The notes under the pieces: generated by a model
What the model was told of the DNA's origin: nothing
The model's database searches: none
Seen by the model: the letters and a program-made list of their open reading frames with translations, nothing else
Assembly (NCBI GenBank): GCA_027593235.1
Contig: JAQCIU010000055.1
Location: 1-14,141 of the forward strand
DNA: 14,141 bases
Direction: 5' to 3'
DNA from: Chloroflexota bacterium
GTDB taxonomy: Bacteria; Chloroflexota; Dehalococcoidia; UBA2979
In this document: piece after piece, positions 7,133 through 14,141 of the stretch
Position numbering within the stretch: the stretch's first letter is position 1
Layout of the letters: every line of letters begins with the position of its first letter
Translations under genes and position numbers: made by a program

Positions 7133-7321
7133 ATGTGGGTGAAGTTCATGGATGTACCGGACGGCTACGCCGCCTCGATCTGGCGCGAGCTGTTCAACCA
7201 GGAAGCCGTCTCCGTGCGGGTTGTCCCGCCGCTGGAGATCGGATCGATGCGTGACGCGCGTGCGCTCTGGGTGCCTGACGGCAAGACCCACGTCGCCCGC
7301 GAAGTATTGAACAAGGTCTAG
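7133..7321 (+). CDS. Small soluble protein, DUF2007/GlnB-like pattern, 62 aa
   Basis: MWVKFMDVPDGYAASIWRELFNQEAVSVRVVPP...ALWVPDGKTHVAREVLNKV. Fills the nuoK-nuoL gap (13 and 4 nt spacers). Family assignment is by pattern only. Confidence 0.78.
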   Translation: MWVKFMDVPDGYAASIWRELFNQEAVSVRVVPPLEIGSMRDARALWVPDGKTHVAREVLNKV

Positions 7322-7325
7322 CCAG

Positions 7326-9263
7326 ATGATCCTGCCGGACATCCCTGAAGCAGCCGTCTGGGCGATCTATTTCGCCCCGCTGGTGTCGTTCCTCGTGATC
7401 GCCGCCGCGCTGCTGCTCAAGCTGCCGCAGTTCGAGGGCAAGCACGCCTCGGGCGTGACGATCGGCGCCATCGGCCTCTCCTGGCTGCTCGCGCTCTGGG
7501 CGCTCGACACCTCGATCGGTGCGGACGGCAAGTCGGTGGGCTTCGCGTCGCACCCCTGGGTCAGCCTGTTCGAGCTGGAAATCGAGTTCGGGGTGCAGCT
7601 CGACTCGCTGAGCGCCCTGATGATGTTCGTCGTCACCTCGGTGTCGCTGGTCGTGCAGCTCTACTCGACCGGCTACATGCACGGCGATCTCGGATACCGC
7701 CGCTACTTCATGCTGATGTCGCTGTTCACCATGGCGATGCTCGGCCTCGTGATGGCCTCCAGCCTGCTGCAGCTCTTCATTCACTGGGAGCTGGTCGGGC
7801 TCACCTCGTACCTGCTCGTCGGCTTCTGGTTCGATCGCCCCGCCGCCGCCGCGGCGGCGAAGAAGGCGTTCATCGTTACCCGCTTCGGCGACTTCTTCTT
7901 CCTGATCGCGGTCGTGCTGATCTGGGTGAAGACCGGCGGCGTCTTTGACATCGCGGAGATCAACCACCTCGCCGAAGAGCACGAGCTGACCAGTTCGGTG
8001 CTTACCGGCTTCGTCCTTGGCATCTTCGCCGGGGCCGTCGGCAAGTCCGCGCAGTTCCCGCTGCACTTCTGGCTGCCGGACGCGATGGAAGGTCCGACGC
8101 CGGTCTCCTCGCTGCTGCACTCGGCGACGATGGTCGCGGCCGGCGTCTACCTGCTCAGCCGCTTCTTCCCCGCGGTGGAGGCGGCTCCGGGTGGCGTTGC
8201 GACGACGATCGCGTACATCGGCGGGTTCACCGCGATCTTTGCGGCCTCAATGGGAATCGCGGCGAACGACATCAAGCGCGTGCTGGCGTACTCGACGATC
8301 TCGCAGCTCGGCTACATGGTGATGGCGATTGGCCTCGGTGGGTTCGTGGCGGCGATCTTCCATCTCTTCACGCACGCCTTCTTCAAGTCGCTGCTCTTCC
8401 AGGGCTCCGGCTCGGTGAACCACGCAACCGGCACCTTCGACATGCGGCAGATGGGTGGCCTGCGCACCAAGATGCCGGTGACGTTCTGGACGTTCCTGAT
8501 CGGATCGCTCTCGCTCTCCGGCGTGTTCCCGCTGGCCGGCTTCTGGAGCAAGGACGAAATCCTGCTGGACGCCTGGCACGCCGACAAACTCCTCTGGGTC
8601 GTCGGCACGACGGTCGCCTTCATGACCGCCTTTTACATGTTCCGCGCGATCTTCATGACCTTTGGCGGCGAATACCGAGGTGGCGCGGAACCCGAGCCGG
8701 GCCATGGCCACGCCGGACCACCCCACGAGTCACCGCGATCGATGACGGTGCCGCTGATCATTCTGGCGATCCCCTCGATCTTCTTCGGTCTGTTCGCGCT
8801 CAACGGCTTCGGTCACTTCATCGAAGGCACGCTGGTCGGCGAGGTGCATCACGTCGAGTCGTCGTCCGTCGTGGTCGCCGCGTCGCTCCTTGCCGCCCTC
8901 GGCGGTATCGGCGCCGCCGCGGCCGTCTACTACGCGCGGAAGCCCTCCCACGAGCAGCTTGGCCAGATGGCCGGCCCGCTCTACACCCTCGCCGTGAACA
9001 AGTACTACGTCGACGAGATCGCCGAGGACGGCATCATCCGAGGCGCCCTCGATCGAGGGATCGGCCGCGCCGCCGCCGCCTTCGATAAGTACGTCGTCGA
9101 TGGTGCGGTGAACGGCGTCGCCCTCGCGGCGCGACAGGTCGGCGACATGGCGCGCCGCCTCGAGACCGGGCAGTTGCAGGCCTACACCTCGATGTCGATG
9201 TTCGGGGTGGTCGCGGCGATCGTGGTGCTGTTCGTCCTGCGCGGGAATGTGTTGGAGCGCTAG
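7326..9263 (+). CDS. nuoL: NADH-quinone oxidoreductase subunit L, 645 aa
   Basis: WELVGLTSYLLVGFW, GKSAQFPLHFWLPDAMEGPTPVS, DIKRVLAYSTISQLG, HAFFK, GFWSKDEIL, C-terminal transverse-helix region. Confidence 0.97.
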   Translation: MILPDIPEAAVWAIYFAPLVSFLVIAAALLLKLPQFEGKHASGVTIGAIGLSWLLALWALDTSIGADGKSVGFASHPWVSLFELEIEFGVQLDSLSALMMFVVTSVSLVVQLYSTGYMHGDLGYRRYFMLMSLFTMAMLGLVMASSLLQLFIHWELVGLTSYLLVGFWFDRPAAAAAAKKAFIVTRFGDFFFLIAVVLIWVKTGGVFDIAEINHLAEEHELTSSVLTGFVLGIFAGAVGKSAQFPLHFWLPDAMEGPTPVSSLLHSATMVAAGVYLLSRFFPAVEAAPGGVATTIAYIGGFTAIFAASMGIAANDIKRVLAYSTISQLGYMVMAIGLGGFVAAIFHLFTHAFFKSLLFQGSGSVNHATGTFDMRQMGGLRTKMPVTFWTFLIGSLSLSGVFPLAGFWSKDEILLDAWHADKLLWVVGTTVAFMTAFYMFRAIFMTFGGEYRGGAEPEPGHGHAGPPHESPRSMTVPLIILAIPSIFFGLFALNGFGHFIEGTLVGEVHHVESSSVVVAASLLAALGGIGAAAAVYYARKPSHEQLGQMAGPLYTLAVNKYYVDEIAEDGIIRGALDRGIGRAAAAFDKYVVDGAVNGVALAARQVGDMARRLETGQLQAYTSMSMFGVVAAIVVLFVLRGNVLER

Positions 9264-10736
9264 ATGCTGACGCTCTTCTTGCTCCTCCCGGTGGTCGGCG
9301 CCCTGCTCGCGTTGTTCCTGCCGCGTGAACGTGAACAGGACGCGCGCTGGATCGCGCTGATCTTCTCCACGCTCGCCTTCGCCGTCTCGATCGTCGTCTT
9401 CATCTGGTTCGACCCGAGCGTCGACGGATACCAGATGGTCGATCAGTTCACCTGGATCAACCCCGGCCGCGGTGGCTTCGTGGTGCAGTACGTCGTCGGC
9501 GTGGACGGGTTGTCCGCCCCGCTGATCCTGCTGCTGGGCCTGCTCTCGGTCGTTGCCGTCCTCGTCTCGTTCAGCATCGAGGTGCGGGTCAAGGAGTACT
9601 TCGCGTACCTGCTGCTCCTCGAGACCGCCGTTGCCGGCGTCTTCCTCTCGCTCGACCTGATCCAGTTCTTCCTCTTCTGGGAGCTGGAACTGCTGCCGAT
9701 GTACATGCTGATCAGCCTCTGGGGCACCGGCCGCAATCGCTACAGCGCGATGAAGTTCCTCATCTACACGCTGGCCGGATCGGCGTTCATGCTCGTCGGC
9801 TTCCTTGTGTTGGGCCTCGAGGGCGGCACCTTCGAGATCGCGAAGCTGGCGCAGACGCCGCCACAGGACGCGCTGGTGCCGCTGTCGATGGTCTTCTGGG
9901 CAATCATGCTAGCGTTCCTGGTGAAGCTCCCGATCTTCCCGTTCCACACCTGGCTGCCCGACGCGCACACCGACGCGCCGACAGCCGTCTCCGTGATGCT
10001 GGCCGGCGTGCTGCTGAAGATGGGTGGCTACGGCATCCTGCGCATCGTCTTGCCGATCCTCCCGGATCAGGCGTACGACTTCCGCGTGGTGCTCGCGGCA
10101 CTGGCTGGGTTCTCTGTCGTCTACGGCGCCGTGATCACCCTCCAACAACGCGACCTCAAGCGGCTCGTCGCCTACTCGTCCGTCTCGCACATGGGCTATG
10201 TGCTCCTTGGGATCGCCGCCCTCGGGTCGGTCGGGTTGTCCGGCGCCGCGCTCCAGATGTTCACGCACGGCACGATCACGGGGCTCCTGTTCGTGATGGT
10301 CGGGCTTGTCTACGAGCGGACCCACACGCGGCAGATCTCCGAGATGACCGGCCTGATGCACCGCATGCCGCTGATTGGGACGGTGATGTTGATCGCCGGT
10401 CTCGCCTCGCTCGGCCTGCCCGGCATGTCTGGCTTCGTTGCCGAGCTGACCACGTTCCTCGGCGCGTTCGAGCCACACCCGGCCGCGACCATCGCCAGCA
10501 TCTTCGGCGTCGTGCTGGCAGCCGGCTACATCCTTTGGACGGTGCAGCGCGTCTTCCACGGCCCGGCCGACGAGAAGTGGGCACACCTCACCGATGCCAG
10601 CCACTGGTGGGAGTACGTCGCGATGGGGTCACTCGTGATCACCATCCTCGCCGTCGGCATCTTCCCGCAGCTCCTGACCGATTCGATTGAAAGCGGCATC
10701 GCGCCGATCGCGCGCATCTTCGAGGCAAGCGCATGA
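9264..10736 (+). CDS. nuoM: NADH-quinone oxidoreductase subunit M, 490 aa
   Basis: FWELELLPMY, VKLPIFPFHTWLPDAHTDAPT, LAGVLLKMG, DLKRLVAYSSVSHMG, GFVAE. Confidence 0.97.
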   Translation: MLTLFLLLPVVGALLALFLPREREQDARWIALIFSTLAFAVSIVVFIWFDPSVDGYQMVDQFTWINPGRGGFVVQYVVGVDGLSAPLILLLGLLSVVAVLVSFSIEVRVKEYFAYLLLLETAVAGVFLSLDLIQFFLFWELELLPMYMLISLWGTGRNRYSAMKFLIYTLAGSAFMLVGFLVLGLEGGTFEIAKLAQTPPQDALVPLSMVFWAIMLAFLVKLPIFPFHTWLPDAHTDAPTAVSVMLAGVLLKMGGYGILRIVLPILPDQAYDFRVVLAALAGFSVVYGAVITLQQRDLKRLVAYSSVSHMGYVLLGIAALGSVGLSGAALQMFTHGTITGLLFVMVGLVYERTHTRQISEMTGLMHRMPLIGTVMLIAGLASLGLPGMSGFVAELTTFLGAFEPHPAATIASIFGVVLAAGYILWTVQRVFHGPADEKWAHLTDASHWWEYVAMGSLVITILAVGIFPQLLTDSIESGIAPIARIFEASA

Positions 10737-12220
10737 GCGGTCTGGACCAGGTGCATCACATCGGGCCCTCGATCGCCCTCTTCGTCGGCGCCGGGCTCGT
10801 CCTGACCGTCGACATGCTCTGGCCGCGTGGCTCCCGAGGGCGCGCACCGCTCGTCCAGGTCACGCTCCTCGTGCTGCTCGTGGCCTTCGGCTGGGCGCTC
10901 TGGCACGCCATGACCGGAACCAACGGAACCGCCTTCGACGGCGCCGTCGTGATGGATCGCTTCGCCCTCTTCTTCATCTTCCTGCTGGTCGCGACCACCG
11001 CCGCCGTCACCGTCGCCTCCACCGAGTGGGCAGGCGAGCTGGACCTCCGAGGTGAGTACTACGCGCTGATGCTCGTCGCCGCCGGTGCGATGTCGCTGCT
11101 GGCGCAAGGCAACGACCTGATCCTGATCTTCATCGCGCTCGAGACCACCTCGATCGTCCAGTACGTGCTCGTCGGCGTGACGCGCGAGGATCGCAGCGCT
11201 GAGGCCGGCATCAAGTACCTGATCAGCGGCGCGATCGCCGCCGGGCTGATGATCTACGGCTTCGCGTTCCTGTTCGGGACCACCGGTGCTACCTCGTTGG
11301 ATGGCATCGCCGCGTTCGTGCAGACCGGCAACGAGGAAGCGCGCTTGCCGCTGATGCTCGGATTCGTGCTCGTCGCCGCCGGGTTCGGCTTCAAGATGGC
11401 GATCGTGCCGTTCCACGGCTGGGCGCCGGACGTCTACCAGGGCGGACCGACGCCGGTCATCAGCCTCCTCTCCGTCGCCTCGAAGGCCGGCGGCTTCGCG
11501 ATCGCACTGCGGCTCTTCTACAACGGCCTCGGCGGCGCGGACACGTTCATCAGCGAAGACTGGGCAATGATGTTCGGGGTCTTCGCAGTCGGATCGATGC
11601 TGTTCGGCAACCTCGGCGCGCTGGTCCAGACGGATGCACGGCGGCTGCTTGGCTATTCCTCGATCGCCCAGGCAGGCAACGTGGCGATCGGGCTTGCCGC
11701 GGTCGCGGCCGGGAGCACCTTGGGGCCCTCGGGCGTCCTGTTCTTCCTCGGTACCTACGTCGCCACGAACCTCGGTGCGTTCTTTGCCGTGATGGCGATC
11801 TCACAGCGCATCGGCTCCTACGCCATCGCGGACTACGCGGGCCTGATCAAGCGGTCGCCGCTGCTGGCCGCCGTGCTGATGCTCTGCCTGCTCTCACTCA
11901 CCGGCATCCCACCGACCGCCGGATTCATCGCGAAGCTCTACATCTTCAACGGCGCGATCCAGGCCGATGCGCAGTGGCTCGTCGCCGTCGTGGCAATCGC
12001 CGTCGTCAACACCGCGATCTCCGCCTTCTACTACCTGCGCTGGGTCCGCACGATGGTGCTCGATGATCCCGAGGAGGAGACGACCTTCACCGCCAGTGGC
12101 CCGATGCAGGCGATGCTCGCCCTGGCTGCGGTCAGCGTGCTCTTCTTCGGCCTCATCCCCGCGCCGCTTATCTCCGCCGCACAGCGCGCCGCCGAGACCC
12201 TGAGCGTCCCGCTCTCCTAG
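10733..12220 (+). CDS. nuoN: NADH-quinone oxidoreductase subunit N, 495 aa
   Basis: GEYYAL, ALETTS, EAGIKY, FKMAIVPFHGWAPDVYQG, YSSIAQAG, GIPPTAGFIAK, FYYLR. Confidence 0.97.
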   Translation: MSGLDQVHHIGPSIALFVGAGLVLTVDMLWPRGSRGRAPLVQVTLLVLLVAFGWALWHAMTGTNGTAFDGAVVMDRFALFFIFLLVATTAAVTVASTEWAGELDLRGEYYALMLVAAGAMSLLAQGNDLILIFIALETTSIVQYVLVGVTREDRSAEAGIKYLISGAIAAGLMIYGFAFLFGTTGATSLDGIAAFVQTGNEEARLPLMLGFVLVAAGFGFKMAIVPFHGWAPDVYQGGPTPVISLLSVASKAGGFAIALRLFYNGLGGADTFISEDWAMMFGVFAVGSMLFGNLGALVQTDARRLLGYSSIAQAGNVAIGLAAVAAGSTLGPSGVLFFLGTYVATNLGAFFAVMAISQRIGSYAIADYAGLIKRSPLLAAVLMLCLLSLTGIPPTAGFIAKLYIFNGAIQADAQWLVAVVAIAVVNTAISAFYYLRWVRTMVLDDPEEETTFTASGPMQAMLALAAVSVLFFGLIPAPLISAAQRAAETLSVPLS

Positions 12221-12263
12221 GCTCCGGCGCGGGGCCTCCGAGGGCCGTTCGCGCCTGCCACCA

Positions 12264-12746
12264 ATGCCGAACTTCGTCTCAATCGAGGTAGATGACGCGC
12301 TCGACGTTTCCGTCGATCTGCTCTGGCAGGTCGCGGTGGACGCCCTCGTCGGCGACGACATCGACGATGCGGAGCTGACGATCCGCATCGCGGGCGATGA
12401 CCTGCTCCAGCAGCTCAACCGCGACCATCGAGGGATCGACGAACCGACGGACGTGCTCTCGTTCCCGGCGACGGACGACGACGACTTCCCCGACCTCGAG
12501 GAGGACGACGAGGAGAGCGGCTACCTCGGTGACATCGCGATCTCGCTGGCGGCGGCCGGGCGCAATGCCGCGGTCACCGGGACGCCGCTCGAGCGGGAGT
12601 TGCGGCACCTCGTGACCCACGGGGTGCTCCATCTGCTCGGCTACGACCACGAGTCGGACGACGACACGGCGGCAATGCGGGCACGCGAGGTGGCGCTGCT
12701 CGGTGACTGGGTACACGCGATCTGGGACGCCCCGCCCACCCACTGA
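12264..12746 (+). CDS. ybeY: rRNA maturation endoribonuclease YbeY, 160 aa
   Basis: LNRDHRGIDEPTDVLSFP, LGDIAIS, HGVLHLLGYDH metal-binding motif. Confidence 0.96.
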   Translation: MPNFVSIEVDDALDVSVDLLWQVAVDALVGDDIDDAELTIRIAGDDLLQQLNRDHRGIDEPTDVLSFPATDDDDFPDLEEDDEESGYLGDIAISLAAAGRNAAVTGTPLERELRHLVTHGVLHLLGYDHESDDDTAAMRAREVALLGDWVHAIWDAPPTH

Positions 12747-12817
12747 CGCCGCGAGAATCCGGAGCAGGACCGGCCTGAAACGGCGCCTCTTCGACGGGTG
12801 GGGCACCCGAACAGCAG

Positions 12818-12826
12818 TGCTACACT
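12818..12826 (+). promoter_or_regulatory. Putative extended -10 promoter for dnaX
   Basis: TGcTACACT about 80 nt before the dnaX ATG; no clear -35. Confidence 0.45.
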
Positions 12827-12904
12827 GAGCCCGCGGCACGCATCGGAGCACCTTCGGCGACCCGACTTGGTCGTGCGAGCGCGTGTTCCCTTGCCTGGGG
12901 GGAC

Positions 12905-14141
12905 ATGGTTCAGCAGGCACCACAGGACCCGCAGCGCCAGCAGGTGCTGTACCGGAAATGGCGGCCTCGGCACTTCGCCGATGTGGTTGGCCAGGAGCCG
13001 GTCACCACCACGCTTCAGCACGTCGTCGACACCGGCTCGCCGGCCCACGCCTACCTCTTCTCCGGCCCACGCGGGACCGGCAAGACCTCGACAGGCCGGA
13101 TTCTGGCCAAGGCACTCAACTGCCGCCCCGGTCCGAACGGCCTTCCCGATCCCGAATGTGAAGCCTCGTACGACGAAGGCCGCGCGCTCGATTTGATCGA
13201 GCTGGACGCCGCCTCGAACCGCGGTATCGACGAGATCCGCGACCTCCGCGAGAACGCCGGATACTCGCCGGCCCTCGGCCCTTACAAGGTCTATCTGATC
13301 GACGAAGCGCACATGCTCACCGACGCCGCGTTCAACGCCTTGCTGAAGACGCTCGAGGAGCCGCCGCCGCACGTCATCTTTATCCTCGCGACGACCGAGC
13401 CCCACCGCATCCCGGCCACGATCTCCTCGCGGTGCCAGCGGTTTGACTTCCGACGCCACACGATCGAGAACATCATCGCCCGCCTCGAACTCGTCGGCGG
13501 ACGGGAGAACGTGACCGCCGAGGATGGTGCCTACGAGCTGATCGCGCGGCAGGCCACCGGCTCGCTGCGTGACGCCGAGAACCTGCTCGACCAGCTCATC
13601 GCCTACCACGGCAGCCAGCTCACGGTGGAGAACGTCCGCGCGGGCCTCGGCCTCGTCGTCGACGCGCGCACCGAGGCCGTCGCGAACGCCGCGATCCACC
13701 GCGATCTCGGGGCAGGGCTGAACGCCCTCGTCGCCGCGCGGGACGACGGCGTGTCGATGCGCCCCTTCATGCGCGAGGTGGTCGGCGTCCTCCGCAGCGC
13801 GTTGCTTCTCAAGGCCGGTGCCGGCGACCAGCTCGGCCTCGCCGACGGGGAAGCCGAGGCGCTGACGCAGATGACCTCGGATGTGCGCGCGACGGAGATC
13901 GTCGCGGCGCTCACCGCGTTCGGCGACCTCGATTTCTCGGGCGACGCCTACGATTCGCTACCAGCCGAGATCGCCTTCGCCGGGCTCTGTACCGGGATTG
14001 GCGCGTCCGCGCCCAGCGGCTACCAACCGCCCGCCGCCCCCCAGCGCGGACCGGCGCAGCAACGGCCCAACCAGGCCCAGCAGCCGAACCGCCAGCAGCC
14101 GCAGCAGCGGCGTGGCGCGCCGCAGCAGGGCGGCCCTCGCG
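12905..14141 (+). CDS. dnaX: DNA polymerase III subunit gamma/tau (3' truncated by window)
   Basis: Translated by hand, absent from the ORF track: VLYRKWRPRHFADVVGQE, HAYLFSGPRGTGKTS (Walker A), ELDAASNRGIDEIR, IDEAHML, FNALLKTLEEPP, SRCQRFDF, then a Q/P-rich linker. Confidence 0.97.
   Translation, partial: MVQQAPQDPQRQQVLYRKWRPRHFADVVGQEPVTTTLQHVVDTGSPAHAYLFSGPRGTGKTSTGRILAKALNCRPGPNGLPDPECEASYDEGRALDLIELDAASNRGIDEIRDLRENAGYSPALGPYKVYLIDEAHMLTDAAFNALLKTLEEPPPHVIFILATTEPHRIPATISSRCQRFDFRRHTIENIIARLELVGGRENVTAEDGAYELIARQATGSLRDAENLLDQLIAYHGSQLTVENVRAGLGLVVDARTEAVANAAIHRDLGAGLNALVAARDDGVSMRPFMREVVGVLRSALLLKAGAGDQLGLADGEAEALTQMTSDVRATEIVAALTAFGDLDFSGDAYDSLPAEIAFAGLCTGIGASAPSGYQPPAAPQRGPAQQRPNQAQQPNRQQPQQRRGAPQQGGPR

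Noticed and set aside
4941-11505. Recurrent GCGATCGC (HIP1-like) octamers
   Set aside because: They fall mostly at Ala-Ile-Ala codons (GCG ATC GCN) in membrane proteins. Enrichment cannot be claimed without a codon-controlled count.
7326-12220. Mrp antiporter or 2M-type complex I
   Set aside because: Exactly one each of L, M and N, with Nuo-type motifs and flanking nuoA/C/D/H/J/K; no mrpE/F/G.
12747-12904. SRP RNA (ffs) or tRNA, often found upstream of dnaX
   Set aside because: No CAGG-nCC-GNRA-GG-nAGCAG helix-8 motif on either strand and no cloverleaf or T-arm consensus. A cmscan would be decisive.
1117-13914. Long antisense or out-of-frame ORFs (e.g. 1682..2590+, 3616..4809-, 7194..8120-, 10526..11416-, 12641..13699-)
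   Set aside because: They overlap well-supported genes, have no recognisable motifs, and are the expected shadow ORFs of high-GC DNA.
14020-14141. CAG-rich low-complexity tract as a DNA repeat or dnaX frameshift signal
   Set aside because: It encodes the usual Q/P-rich DnaX linker; no A-AAA-AAG or poly-T slippage site is seen in the window.

Overview
High-GC bacterial window; gene content suggests Chloroflexota/Dehalococcoidia-like (inference only). Left, minus strand: a tandemly duplicated two-gene cassette, [DUF35 Zn-ribbon/OB-fold + thiolase-family protein] x2. The second thiolase is cut by the window edge. The copies are about 94-96% identical and differ almost only at synonymous sites. 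Divergent sigma70-like promoters at 2573-2661 separate the cassette from a tightly coupled complex I-like operon, nuoA-C-D-H-J-K-(62 aa DUF2007-like ORF)-L-M-N. This operon lacks nuoEFG and also nuoB and nuoI, so it encodes no Fe-S subunit, yet the quinone-site and proton-pumping residues are intact. ybeY and a 3'-truncated dnaX with a degenerate zinc module follow. No rRNA, tRNA, CRISPR array or transposase was recognised.
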